The translations under genes were made by a program, and so were the position numbers. A model generated the notes under the pieces. That model saw nothing but the letters and a program-made list of their open reading frames with translations, had not been told where the DNA came from and searched no databases. Positions 16,578 to 26,399 of a stretch of DNA of 38,741 nucleotides are shown here, one piece after another (the first letter of the stretch is position 1; each line of letters begins with the position of its first letter). The DNA comes from Candidatus Rokuibacteriota bacterium (GTDB lineage Bacteria > Methylomirabilota > Methylomirabilia > Rokubacteriales > DASRDR01), in assembly GCA_044866005.1 (NCBI GenBank), contig JBIOTN010000145.1, positions 1 to 38,741 on the forward strand, in the 5' to 3' direction.

Positions 16578-17920
16578 GAGGACGCACGCTCGCCCCCTGG
16601 CGGCGTGGGGTGATCGGCCTCGTGGCCTTCGCCGCCCTGGCCGCCGCGGCGCCGCGCCCCGCCCCGGCCCAGACCGTGGCGGGGCGCGAGCTCGCGGCGG
16701 AGGCGGCGCGCCTGCTCCAGGAGCTGGCGCAGCTTCGCGGACTCCCCGCCGCGGGAAGCCCGCCACGGGTCGCCGTCCGATCGCGCGAGGAGCGCCGCCG
16801 ATTCATCGCGGCCGAGCTCAAGCGGAAGTATCCGCCGGCCCGGCTCGAGGCGGAGCGCCGCGCGATGGTCGCGTGGAGCCTGATTCCGCCCGACTTCGAC
16901 CTGGGGCGCTTCCTGACCGACTTGATCCTCGAGCAAGCCGCCGCGTACTACGATCCGCTCGCGAAGGTCATGGTGCTCGCCCCCTGGCTCCCCCCCGACG
17001 AGCAGCGGGAGGCCCTGGCCCACGAGCTGGTGCACCTCCTCCAGGACCGGCAGATGAACCTCGACGGGTTCCTCACGGGAACGCCGGGACAGGGCGACGC
17101 GGCCCTCGCGCGGCAGGCGCTCGTCGAAGGGGAGGCGGTGGCGCTGACGCTCGACCGGACGCTCCGGCGCCAGGGGCTCGAGCTGGGAGGCCTCCCCGAC
17201 GTCGCGCAGCTCCAGCGCGCCATCGTCGTCTCGGCCACGGGACCCACGCTGGGCCGGGCCCCTCGCTTCCTCCGGAGCCTGCTCACCTTCCCCTACGCCC
17301 GGGGGCTCGGCTTCGTCCACCAGTTCCGGCGGCGCCATCCCTGGGCCGACTTCTCACGGCTCTACACCGACCCCCCGCGCTCGACGACGCAGATCCTCTA
17401 CCCGGAGCGCTACCTGGATCGGCGCGAAGATCCCGTCGCGATCGGGCTGCCCGATCTCGGCCCGGTCATCGGCGCCCGCGCGCGTCGCCTCTTCGAGGAC
17501 ACGGCCGGGGAGTTCGGCCTCGCCGGGATCCTCGCCCAGTTCCTCGGCGAGGACGTCGCGGCGACGGGCTGGTCGGGGGATCGGTACGAGCTCTGGGCAG
17601 ACGGCGGCGGGCGGACGCTCCTCGTCTCGCTCACGCTCTGGACGACCGAGGCCGCCGCGGCCGCCTTCGCCGATGCCTACGCCCGGCTCCTTCCGCGGAA
17701 GCACGGCCTGGCGGCCGCCGCCGACACCGCGCGCGGGCTCGTCGCCTGGCGGCTCGGCGACCAGGCGTTCAGCGTCGAGCGGCGGGGTCGCGAGGTGCTC
17801 CTCGTGGAGCGGGCGCTGATGCCGGTCGACGAGGCCATCCGCCGGGCCGTCTGGCAGAGCCGCCGAGCGACCGGTGCCCGCGACACCGGGTCGGCGGTTA
17901 CCGAACGCCGGCCAGGCTGA
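16574..17920 (+). CDS. Secreted protein with an HEXXH zincin-like motif (putative metallopeptidase)
   Basis: Signal-peptide-like N-terminus; LAHELVHLLQD followed by ALVEGEA (possible third ligand Glu); GTG overlaps the upstream TGA. Confidence 0.72.
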   Translation: MRGRTLAPWRRGVIGLVAFAALAAAAPRPAPAQTVAGRELAAEAARLLQELAQLRGLPAAGSPPRVAVRSREERRRFIAAELKRKYPPARLEAERRAMVAWSLIPPDFDLGRFLTDLILEQAAAYYDPLAKVMVLAPWLPPDEQREALAHELVHLLQDRQMNLDGFLTGTPGQGDAALARQALVEGEAVALTLDRTLRRQGLELGGLPDVAQLQRAIVVSATGPTLGRAPRFLRSLLTFPYARGLGFVHQFRRRHPWADFSRLYTDPPRSTTQILYPERYLDRREDPVAIGLPDLGPVIGARARRLFEDTAGEFGLAGILAQFLGEDVAATGWSGDRYELWADGGGRTLLVSLTLWTTEAAAAAFADAYARLLPRKHGLAAAADTARGLVAWRLGDQAFSVERRGREVLLVERALMPVDEAIRRAVWQSRRATGARDTGSAVTERRPG

Positions 17921-18785
17921 GGAGCACGATGCCGGCCAGCATCACCCCCGCGCCGAGCGAGATCTCCCGCACGCGCTGGCGCTCGCCGAACACGAGCGCC
18001 CCGATGGCGAGCGCGAAGAGGATCTCGACCTGCTTGACCGCCTCGACGTAGCTGGACAGCGTCATCGTGTAGGCGATGACCTGCGTGACCGTGGTGAGGG
18101 CCGCGAAGAGACCAAGGCCGACGAAGGCCGTCCAGTTCGCCGCGATCTGGCGGAAGTGTCGGCGCGAGGTGACGAGGACGAGCGGCGTTACGAGGAGGCT
18201 CGCCGCGAGGTATCCGCCGAGGCTGCCGGTGTAGGGGTCGGAGAGGAGCGCCGCCTGCTTGATGGTGAGGACCGAGGGCGCGTAGAAGAACGCCGCCACG
18301 AGCGTCCAGCGGAGCCCCGGCTCCGTCACCAGCGCGGCGACCGGCGCCAGGATGGACAGCCGCGCGCGGCGGACGTTGAGCAGGTAGACGCCCGCGATGC
18401 TGAGGAAGACGCCGGCCACGCCCAGGGCGCTCGGCCGCTCGCGCAGGGCGAGGTATCCCATCACGAGGAGGACGATCAGGCTCACCTTCCACAGCGCGGT
18501 GACGATCGAGATGTCGCCGAGCTTGAGCGCCTTGGAGAGCGCGAGCGTCGCGATGGTCTGGCAGACGCCGAAGGCCAGACAGACCGGCACGAACCCCGCC
18601 TGCAGCGCCGGCCACCCCTTCACCCGCCAGACGAAGACCCATCCCAGGACGAGCGTGAAGGGGAGCAGGAAGGTGAAGCGGCCCCACACGTTGATGTACT
18701 CGTCGAGGCGGTGACCGAGCTGCTTCATGGTCACGTTCCGCAGCACCTGGCAGACTGCGGCCAGGACCGCGAGCAGGACCCACAT
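17898..18785 (-). CDS. DMT/EamA family transporter
   Basis: Two repeated 5-TM halves (LALRERPS, LVFGERQ); TGCTAGAAT -10 lies 7 nt before the ATG. Confidence 0.85.
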   Translation of the reverse strand: MWVLLAVLAAVCQVLRNVTMKQLGHRLDEYINVWGRFTFLLPFTLVLGWVFVWRVKGWPALQAGFVPVCLAFGVCQTIATLALSKALKLGDISIVTALWKVSLIVLLVMGYLALRERPSALGVAGVFLSIAGVYLLNVRRARLSILAPVAALVTEPGLRWTLVAAFFYAPSVLTIKQAALLSDPYTGSLGGYLAASLLVTPLVLVTSRRHFRQIAANWTAFVGLGLFAALTTVTQVIAYTMTLSSYVEAVKQVEILFALAIGALVFGERQRVREISLGAGVMLAGIVLLSLAGVR

Positions 18786-18853
18786 GCGGCGGATTCTAGC
18801 ACGCGCGGCGCCGCGGCTGGCGCGGTGGCCGGTGTTATACTGCGTGCCAGCCC

Positions 18854-19216
18854 ATGCCGAGCGCGCCGTCCAAGAAGCTCGAGCGGGTGCCCAACCCGCA
18901 TCCCGACCGCGACTACGAGGTGGACCACGTGGTCCCCGAGTTCACCTGTCTCTGTCCGCTCACCGGCCAGCCCGACTTCGCGACGATCCGCATCCGTTAC
19001 GTACCGGACCAGTGGCTCGTCGAGCTCAAGTCGCTCAAGCTCTACATGTGGGCGTACCGGGACGAGGGCGCGTTCCACGAGGACGTGACGAACCGCATCC
19101 TGAACGACCTCGTGGAGACGCTTGCGCCGCGCCGGCTGGAGGTGCTCGGCGACTGGAACGTGCGGGGCGGGATCAAGACACTGGTGACCGTCCGCTACGA
19201 CAAGCCCTCCCGCTGA
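18854..19216 (+). CDS. queF: NADPH-dependent 7-cyano-7-deazaguanine (preQ0) reductase, short form
   Basis: [23 protein letters not shown] (QueF motif), FHE and RGGI. Confidence 0.95.
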   Translation: MPSAPSKKLERVPNPHPDRDYEVDHVVPEFTCLCPLTGQPDFATIRIRYVPDQWLVELKSLKLYMWAYRDEGAFHEDVTNRILNDLVETLAPRRLEVLGDWNVRGGIKTLVTVRYDKPSR

Positions 19217-19252
19217 GCCGCGCGCGCTCGCGGCCGGCGCGCCGTCCGCGCC

Positions 19253-20506
19253 TCACGCGGACGGCAGGACGCCGGGGAAGGCTTCCGGCCGGATCGCGTA
19301 CCCGGGAAAGAGCGGAGCCCGCCAGTCGAGCCCCAGGTGGCGGACCGCGATCTCGGCGAAGAGGTCGCGGAAGTCGGTGGTGAGCGCCAGGTCCCGTCCC
19401 TCGAAGAGCTCCTCGGGCAGGAGACCCGGCCACCGGCCGTAGACCCGCCCGCCACGCACCCGGCCGCCGAGCACGAGCATCGCCGTGGCGTGGCCGTGGT
19501 CGGTTCCCGCGTTCCCGTTCTCCCGCACCGTCCGGCCGAACTCCGTCATGGTCAGGACGACCACCTCGGCGCGGCGCTCGCCCAGGTCCTGCCAGAAGGC
19601 CGCGAGCGACTGCCCGAATTCCTCGAGCCGGGTCGCGAGCTGGCCCTGGCTCCCCCCTTCCCCGGCGTGATGGTCCCAGCCGCCCGCCTCCAGAAAGGCG
19701 ACCTCCAGGCCGAGATCCGCCTTGACGAGCTGTGCCACCTGGCGGAGCGCCTCGGCGAGGCGGCCGGGCGGGTACACGGCGCCGTGTTCCGGCGGCCGTG
19801 CCGCCGGACTGGCGGCGCGAAGGCGCCGGACCGCCTCGAACGTCGCCTGCCCGCCGCCACCGAGAAAGTCGCGGACCGCGTCGCGATAGAGCGCCTCGAA
19901 GCCACGCTGGAGGTCCTGCGTCCCCCCGCGGAAGCCGACGCCATCCAGCGACGGGAGCGCGAGCGCGGGCGCCGGTCCCTGCAGCGAGCGCGGCAGCACG
20001 GACGCCAGGGCGACCGCGCGGAAGACCGACCCGTCCTCCCGGGCGCTGCCGTACCGCAGGCAGCGGTTCAGCCAGCCGTCCGGCGTGGACTTCAGCCCCG
20101 GCGTGCCCGCCTCCATGAACTCCTGGGCGTCGAAGTGCGAGCGTGTCGCCGCCGGTGAGCCCACCGCGTGGACGCACGCGAGCTCGCCCCGCAGGTAGAG
20201 CGGGAGGAGCACGGCCAGGCGCGGGTGAAGCCCGAAGAAGCCGTCGAGGTCGAGCGCCCGATCCTCGGCCCCGCGCGCCGGAGGGGGCACGGCGATCCCC
20301 GGCCGCAGCCGGGCGTACGCGGGATCGCCATGGGGGACCACGATGTTGAGGCCATCCGCGCCGCCGCGCTGGAAGATCGCCACGAGGACCGCCGGGCGCC
20401 GCCTCGCCGGCGCCGCGCGCGCCGCCCGCACGAGGAACGGCGGGGCGACCCCGAACGAGAGGAGGGAGAGCGCGCCCTGCGTGACGAACAGCCGCCGGCT
20501 CAGCAC
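19253..20506 (-). CDS. DUF1501 family protein with a Tat-type signal
   Basis: SRRLF N-terminus; FQRGGADGL, FFGLHP, RSHF, GGWDHH, TEFGRT and GTDHG. Confidence 0.88.
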   Translation of the reverse strand: MLSRRLFVTQGALSLLSFGVAPPFLVRAARAAPARRRPAVLVAIFQRGGADGLNIVVPHGDPAYARLRPGIAVPPPARGAEDRALDLDGFFGLHPRLAVLLPLYLRGELACVHAVGSPAATRSHFDAQEFMEAGTPGLKSTPDGWLNRCLRYGSAREDGSVFRAVALASVLPRSLQGPAPALALPSLDGVGFRGGTQDLQRGFEALYRDAVRDFLGGGGQATFEAVRRLRAASPAARPPEHGAVYPPGRLAEALRQVAQLVKADLGLEVAFLEAGGWDHHAGEGGSQGQLATRLEEFGQSLAAFWQDLGERRAEVVVLTMTEFGRTVRENGNAGTDHGHATAMLVLGGRVRGGRVYGRWPGLLPEELFEGRDLALTTDFRDLFAEIAVRHLGLDWRAPLFPGYAIRPEAFPGVLPSA

Positions 20507-20516
20507 CGCTCACTCG

Positions 20517-22157
20517 CTAGCGACGCTGGAATTCCGGGGACCCGAGGACGAGCGCCGCGATCGTCGCGAGGTCGGGCGCCGACACGGGATCGTCGAGCGC
20601 CGCGCGGCGGACGGCCGGCTGCGCCAACGCTTCCTCGAGGACCGCGCGACTCTCGGCCGAGAGCTCGCCCCCGACGAGCGTCTCGACCAGCCGCTCGACG
20701 GCCGCCTCCGGCGTCGCGCTCGCGGGCAGGACGCGGTCGAGATCCACCGCCGTGCCGGCCACCCGGTTGGCGGCCAGCGCCTGGGCGAGGTGGAGCCGCG
20801 CCAGGAGGGCGCCGGCGCTCGTCCACGCCTCGGCGCGGTCGGCGTAGCCGGTGGGAGCCTGGGCGCCGTAAAGCGGCTGACCCATCGCGCCCAGGGTCCG
20901 CTGGATGGCCGGCCCGGCGTCGGTCTCCGCCCCGAGGGCGCGGAGGGCGCTCGCGGTGAACTCGAGCGGCGTCTTCACCTTCGCCCGGTACGCGGCGGAG
21001 GAGAAGAAATCGGGGGAACGGACGATGCTCCGGACGACCGCCCGGATGTCCCCATCGGTCTCGCGGAAGACGGCGGCCGCGCGCGCGACGAGGGCGGGCG
21101 GTGGGTCGTCGGCGACGAAGCGTCGCGCGAGCTTGGTCGCGACGAAGCGCGCGGTGGCGGGATCCCGCGCCAGAAGGTCCAGGGTCCGCTCGCCCTCCTC
21201 CTGCCCCCCGCCGGCCGGGAAGGCGTGACCGAGGATCGTCTTCGGGCCCCGGTCGTGAGCGCCCGGGTCGAAGCGGAAGCCCCCGCCCGATCGGGGATGG
21301 CCCGGGCGCGGGTGATCGATGGTCCAGCCCGTGAACGCGCGGGCCGTCGCCACCACGTCGGACGCCAGGCCGTCCACCCCGAGCGTGTGGAGCTCGAGCA
21401 GCTCGCGGGCGTAGCTCTCGTCGAGGCCGGCACGCCCCTCGCCCGGACGGATCGCCTCGGCCGTGGACAGCCACGCGTCGAGGTAGTAGAGCATGGCGGG
21501 GTGATGCGCGACCGCGCCGAGGAGGTCACGGAATCGGCCGAGCGCATGCGGTCGGATCGCCGTCCGCTCGTAGTCCGGGAGGTAGTAGCGGACCGTGCCC
21601 TTGCCGGCGAAGACGCTGAAGTGGTTGAGCCAGAAGTCGACCATGACCTCGAGGAGCTGCCGCTCGCTGTACACGGCGCGGAGGAGGCGCGCCTGCTGGA
21701 GCTCCCCCAGCAGGCGGAGCGGGCTCTGCTCGGGGCGCGGCGGCCCACCGGGCTGTCCCCCGGCGGACGGCAGCGGGTACGCGGCCATGAGCGCGGCCGG
21801 CGGCATCCCGGGCACGCTGAGCGCGGCGAGGCGCGCCTCCGCCTGCCGGTCCGCGAGCCGCTCGGGCGCGAGCTGGGCCTCGATCCAGGCCTCCGCGCCC
21901 CCTCGGGCGACCGCCGCCACGTCGCCCGGTCGTGGGCCGTAGCCGAGCCGGGTCAGGACGTGGAGCGCCCGTTGCGTCGCGGTCAGCGCGGGAGGGACGG
22001 GCCCTGTGCCGGCCGGCCCGCCCAGGGCGTCCGGGTGGGGCCTCGCCGCGCAGCCGACGCAGGCGGCGGCGAGCGCCACCGCGAGGAGTCGCGGGGCCAG
22101 CGCGCCCGCGAGGCGGCCCCGCCTGGAGGGGGTGGTCGTAACCGCGGTTTGAGCCAT
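20517..22157 (-). CDS. DUF1800 family protein
   Basis: RLGYGP, QLLEVMVDFWLNHF, PAMLYYLD, YARELLELHTLG, ARAFTGWT and SPEFQRR; paired with DUF1501. Start codon uncertain. Confidence 0.88.
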   Translation of the reverse strand: MAQTAVTTTPSRRGRLAGALAPRLLAVALAAACVGCAARPHPDALGGPAGTGPVPPALTATQRALHVLTRLGYGPRPGDVAAVARGGAEAWIEAQLAPERLADRQAEARLAALSVPGMPPAALMAAYPLPSAGGQPGGPPRPEQSPLRLLGELQQARLLRAVYSERQLLEVMVDFWLNHFSVFAGKGTVRYYLPDYERTAIRPHALGRFRDLLGAVAHHPAMLYYLDAWLSTAEAIRPGEGRAGLDESYARELLELHTLGVDGLASDVVATARAFTGWTIDHPRPGHPRSGGGFRFDPGAHDRGPKTILGHAFPAGGGQEEGERTLDLLARDPATARFVATKLARRFVADDPPPALVARAAAVFRETDGDIRAVVRSIVRSPDFFSSAAYRAKVKTPLEFTASALRALGAETDAGPAIQRTLGAMGQPLYGAQAPTGYADRAEAWTSAGALLARLHLAQALAANRVAGTAVDLDRVLPASATPEAAVERLVETLVGGELSAESRAVLEEALAQPAVRRAALDDPVSAPDLATIAALVLGSPEFQRR

Positions 22158-22202
22158 CGGTCTGGCGAGCCTTAGACGCCGCGTGGGGCCCGGCATTCGC
22201 CC

Positions 22203-22502
22203 TCAGGCCTCGGTCACCGTCACCCGGAGGCCGATCTCCGCCAGCACGCGCGCCGCCCGCTCGCACTCCGCCCGCGGGCCAATGCGCACCGCGGCCTTCC
22301 CCTCGGTGTGGACCCGCCAGGCGATGGCCATCCCCTCGTCATAGGAGCAGCCGATCGCCTTGACGAGCTGGCCGGCCACCTGCTCGAAGGTGTGGCAGTC
22401 GCAGTTCCAGAGCAGGGTGATCCAGGGCGGCGGGAGCGCCGTCTCCTGCTCGGTCTCCTCCGCCTGCGCGGGCTCCGTGCGGGTTCCCGCCACGTCGCTC
22501 AT
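22203..22502 (-). CDS. clpS: ATP-dependent Clp protease adaptor ClpS (atypical)
   Basis: PPPWITLLWNCDCHTFEQV...AWRVHTEGKAAV; ATGA overlap with the upstream stop. Confidence 0.8.
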   Translation of the reverse strand: MSDVAGTRTEPAQAEETEQETALPPPWITLLWNCDCHTFEQVAGQLVKAIGCSYDEGMAIAWRVHTEGKAAVRIGPRAECERAARVLAEIGLRVTVTEA

Positions 22503-23524
22503 CCGCGCTCGCCCGGGAAGACCGCCACCTTGATGGCGTCGGGCCGGCGGTGCGCCTCCAGCGCCTCCTCGATGGCCGCCAGGGGGAAGCGGTGGGTGAG
22601 GAGCGGCGCCACGTCCAGCGCGCCGCGCGCGAGCAACTCGAGCGCCTCGCCGAACTCGCGCTGGTAGATGATGGAGCCGCGGACGTCGATCTCGCGGCGC
22701 ACGAGCCAGAAGAAGGACACGCGCGCCGGCTCGTGGGCGAGGCCGGTGAGGACGACCCGGCCCCCCGGCCGGACGAACCCGACCTGCCCCAGCACGAGCT
22801 CGACGGCCCCAGTCGTGCCCGCCGTCTCCACCACGAGGTCGACGCCGTCCCGGCCCGACAGCGCGCGGGCGGCGGCGGCGGCGTCCCCGCCCGTGAGCGC
22901 GACGGTCGCCTCCGCGCCGAGCGTGCGGGCGAGCGCCAGGCGCCGCGGCGTCCGGCTCACCACGAGGACCCGGCAGCCCCGGGCCCGGAGGAGCTGGAGG
23001 GCCAGAAGCCCGAGGGTCCCTGCCCCGACCACGGCGGCGCTTTCCCCCGCCCGGGGCGCCGCGCGCGCGACCGCCCGCGTGACCACGGCCAGCGGCTCCG
23101 TGAGGAGCAGCCGCTCCGCGGCGAGCCCGGCCGGCGCCGGCCAGCACGCGCGCTCGGGCAGCACCGCGAGCTCGGCGAATCCCCCGGCGCGGTCGATCCC
23201 GACCGCGACCCGCGCGAGGCAGAGGTTGGCGCGTTCCTCCCGGCAAAGATCGCAGCGACCGCAGCCCCAGTTCGGCTCGACGGCGACGCGCTCGCCGACG
23301 TCGAGCCGGCTCACGCCAGGGCCGACCGCCGCCACCTCGCCGACGAACTCGTGGCCGGGCGTCAAGGGGTAGCGCACCGGGCGCTCGCCGGTCCAGATCC
23401 GGTAGTCGGTCCCGCAGATCCCGGCCGCCGCCACCCGGACGAGGACCTCACCGGGCCCCGGCGCGGGTGGGGCGACCTCCTCGACGCGCAGCGAGCGGGG
23501 CGCCCGGAGTACCGCCGCCTTCAT
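22499..23524 (-). CDS. Zinc-dependent alcohol/polyol dehydrogenase (MDR family)
   Basis: GICGTD, GHE, CGRCDLC...C and GAGTLG. Confidence 0.9.
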   Translation of the reverse strand: MKAAVLRAPRSLRVEEVAPPAPGPGEVLVRVAAAGICGTDYRIWTGERPVRYPLTPGHEFVGEVAAVGPGVSRLDVGERVAVEPNWGCGRCDLCREERANLCLARVAVGIDRAGGFAELAVLPERACWPAPAGLAAERLLLTEPLAVVTRAVARAAPRAGESAAVVGAGTLGLLALQLLRARGCRVLVVSRTPRRLALARTLGAEATVALTGGDAAAAARALSGRDGVDLVVETAGTTGAVELVLGQVGFVRPGGRVVLTGLAHEPARVSFFWLVRREIDVRGSIIYQREFGEALELLARGALDVAPLLTHRFPLAAIEEALEAHRRPDAIKVAVFPGERG

Positions 23525-23570
23525 CGGACCGCGGCGCGCAGCCGACCCCTCGGGGCAGGGCCGTGGGCGG

Positions 23571-24338
23571 TCATCCGGCGAGATGGCCGCCGTCGATGAA
23601 GAGCACTTCCCCCGTCATGTAGTCCGAGGCGGGCGAGGCCAGATAGACGACGAGGGCGCCGAGCTCTTCCGGCTTGCCGACCCGGCGGGCGGGGACCTCA
23701 CGGAGGAGGCGCTCCCGGATCTTCTCGTCCGCGAAGGCGTGGGCGTTCATCGGCGTCAGGAACCAGCCCGGCGCGATGGCGTTCACCTGGATGTTGTAGC
23801 GGGCCCACTCCACGGCGAGCGTCCTCGTGAACGCGATGAGGCCGCCCTTCGAGGCGCTGTAGGCCGCGTAGCCCGGGAGCCCGCGCGCCCCCAGCACCGA
23901 GGCGACGTTGACGACCTTCCCGCCCTGGCGCGCGATCATGGTCGGCCCCACGGCCCGGCAGAGCGTGAAGGCGCCCGTCAGGTTCGTCTCGAGCACCGCC
24001 CGCCACTCCTCGAGGCTCGTCTCCACCAGCGGCTTGACCACGGCGATCCCGGAGTTGTTCACCAGCACGTCGATGCGGCCGAAGGCGCCCAGCACCCCGC
24101 CGACCGCGCGCGCGACCTCGGGCGCGACGGTGATGTCGACGGGCACGACACGCGCCGCGCGGCCGAGCGTCTGGACGCCGGCCGCGGTCTCCTCGAGGTC
24201 GTCCCGGGAGCGTGCGAGGAGGGCCAGGTCGGCGCCGGCTTCGGCGAGAGCGAGCGCCATGGCCCGGCCCAGGCCGCGGCTCGCGCCCGTGACGACGGCC
24301 ACGCGTCCGTCCAATCGAAGCTGGTCGAACAGCGCCAT
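23571..24338 (-). CDS. Short-chain dehydrogenase/reductase (KduD / gluconate 5-dehydrogenase-like)
   Basis: TGASRGLG, NNSG, YSASKG and VNAIAPGWF; start ATG 24338. Confidence 0.88.
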   Translation of the reverse strand: MALFDQLRLDGRVAVVTGASRGLGRAMALALAEAGADLALLARSRDDLEETAAGVQTLGRAARVVPVDITVAPEVARAVGGVLGAFGRIDVLVNNSGIAVVKPLVETSLEEWRAVLETNLTGAFTLCRAVGPTMIARQGGKVVNVASVLGARGLPGYAAYSASKGGLIAFTRTLAVEWARYNIQVNAIAPGWFLTPMNAHAFADEKIRERLLREVPARRVGKPEELGALVVYLASPASDYMTGEVLFIDGGHLAG

Positions 24339-24358
24339 GGCGTCGGTCGGGGTCGCGG

Positions 24359-26176
24359 TCAGCCCTGGTAGAGCGACTCGATCAGGTCGGCGTAGTTCGC
24401 GCTGACCACCTTCCGCTTGACCTTCAGCGTCGGCGTCAGCTCGCCGGCCTCCTGCGAGAACTCTGCGGGGAGCACCGCGAACCGCTTCAGCCGCGCGTAG
24501 GAGGCGAGCCGCGTGTTGACCGCGTCGACCGTCTGCTGGACGCGTCCGCGGAGCGCCGGGTTCCGGGCCAGGTCCGCCCCTCCCTGGTCGCCGAGGCCGG
24601 CCGTCCGGGCGAACTTCGCCAGCTCCTCCGGGTTGAGCGTCACCAGCGCCACGGGATACGGACGCCGGTCTCCGTAGACCAGCGCCTGGCTGATCAACGG
24701 GTCGGCCTTCAAGAGGTTCTCGACGTGCTGAGGGGCGACGTAGCTGCCGCCGGCGGTCTTGATCAGATCCTTCTTGCGGTCGGTGATCCGGAGGAACCCA
24801 TCGGCGTCGAGCTCCCCGATGTCGCCGGTGTGGAACCAGCCGCCCGGCTCGAACACCTCGGCGCTCTCCTCGGGCCGCCGGAAGTAGCCTCTGGCGATGT
24901 TCGGCGCGCGGGCGAGGATCTCCCCGTCCTCCGCGATCCGGATCTCGACGCCGGGAAACGCCTGGCCCACGGTCCCGAGCTTGTACCGGCCCGGACGGTT
25001 CACGGAGAGGATCGGACAGGTCTCCGTGAGGCCGTACCCCTCGAGGATGAGGATCCCGACGGCGTGGAAGAACTCGGCGATCTCGCGCGCGAGCGGCGCC
25101 CCGCCCGAGATGCAGAACTGGAGCCGGCCGCCGAGCGCCGCCTGGAGCTTCGCGAAGACCAGCTTGTGGGCGAGCGCGTGGCGGATTCGCAGCATCCGCG
25201 GCAGCGGCCGTCCCTCCTGCTGGCGGCGACTCACCGCCATGCCCACGGCGAGCGCCCAGGCGAAGATCCGCCTCTTGAGAGGCGGGCTCGCCCCGACCCC
25301 GGAGAGGACCTTCGCATAGACCTTCTCGAACACGCGCGGGACGCTGCACAGGAAGTGCGGGCGCACCTCTCTCAGGTTGTCCGGGAGCTTCTCCAGGCTT
25401 TCGGCGAACGCCGTCGTGAAACCCTGGTAGATCCCGACGAAGCTCTCGTGACGCGCGAAGGCGTGGGCGAGCGGGAGGAAGAGGAGGTGAACCGCGCCTT
25501 CCGGGATGCCGATGACCTGCGCGGCGGCGGCGAGCGCCGCGAGGTGGTTGCCGTGGGTCTGCACCACCCCCTTGGGGTGGCCCGTCGTGCCGGACGTGTA
25601 CACGATGGTGGCCACGTCGTCGGCCGAGACCGTCGCCATCCGGCTGGTGAGCGTGGCCTCCAGCTCACGGCGCGAGGGCCGGCCGAGGTCCCGAAGACCA
25701 CGCCAGCTCAGGAGGCGGATGGTCCGGCCGGCCGCGCCGGGGACCTCGGGCGGGGCCGGGTCTCCCTGGATCGCGACGATCGATCGAAGCTGCGGCAGCT
25801 CCTTGGCGACCGCGAGCGCCTTGCCGAGCTGGCCCTCGTCCTCGACGACGAGCGTTTTCGCCCCCGAGTCGTTGACGATGTAGGCGATCTCCTCCGGCGG
25901 ATAGCTCGGGTAGATGGGGACCGTCACGCAGCCGGCCGAGAACGCCGCGAAGTCGGCCCGCACCCACTCGGCGCGGGTCTGGGACAGGAGCGCCACCGCG
26001 TCGCCGCGTTCGCGTCCGAGGGCCAGGAGCCCCAGGGCGAGGTCCCGCACTTCCTCCCCCAACGCCCGCCAGGAGACGTCGGTCCAGCTGCCGCCGACCT
26101 TGACCCGCTGGGCCGGGCGGTCACCCCCGCGCTCGACCCGCTCCCAGAACATCCGCGCCAGGCTTTCCGCTCCCAT
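24359..26176 (-). CDS. Long-chain-fatty-acid--CoA ligase (AMP-dependent synthetase, FadD15-like)
   Basis: YTSGTTGHPKG, GYGLTET, FHTGDIG, ITDRKKDLIKT and LTPTLKVKR; start ATG 26176. Confidence 0.9.
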   Translation of the reverse strand: MGAESLARMFWERVERGGDRPAQRVKVGGSWTDVSWRALGEEVRDLALGLLALGRERGDAVALLSQTRAEWVRADFAAFSAGCVTVPIYPSYPPEEIAYIVNDSGAKTLVVEDEGQLGKALAVAKELPQLRSIVAIQGDPAPPEVPGAAGRTIRLLSWRGLRDLGRPSRRELEATLTSRMATVSADDVATIVYTSGTTGHPKGVVQTHGNHLAALAAAAQVIGIPEGAVHLLFLPLAHAFARHESFVGIYQGFTTAFAESLEKLPDNLREVRPHFLCSVPRVFEKVYAKVLSGVGASPPLKRRIFAWALAVGMAVSRRQQEGRPLPRMLRIRHALAHKLVFAKLQAALGGRLQFCISGGAPLAREIAEFFHAVGILILEGYGLTETCPILSVNRPGRYKLGTVGQAFPGVEIRIAEDGEILARAPNIARGYFRRPEESAEVFEPGGWFHTGDIGELDADGFLRITDRKKDLIKTAGGSYVAPQHVENLLKADPLISQALVYGDRRPYPVALVTLNPEELAKFARTAGLGDQGGADLARNPALRGRVQQTVDAVNTRLASYARLKRFAVLPAEFSQEAGELTPTLKVKRKVVSANYADLIESLYQG

Positions 26177-26255
26177 TGCGTCAGGCTCCGCCGGTGGGCC
26201 GGCACCCTCCAAGTGCCCGGAAACTCCGGGATCTCTGCTCGCCACCGCCGGGCGA

Positions 26256-26305
26256 TAACGCGGTGCGACAATCCCCTTGACTCTCATGACGCAGCGTGTT
26301 AATTT
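26256..26305 (+). promoter_or_regulatory. Phasin gene promoter with two candidate PhaR operators
   Basis: TTGACT (26277-82), 17 bp spacer, TAATTT (26300-05); palindrome-like sites TAACGC-N3-GCGACA (26256-70) and TGACGC-N3-GTGTTA (26287-301). Confidence 0.6.
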
Positions 26306-26399
26306 CCGGGCTATGACCGCCAGACATCGGTCCTCGAAGCGAACCCGACCCCGAGCCCGGGGCGCCGCCGCAGCGCCCCCCAAGAGAAGGAGAAGCGTC

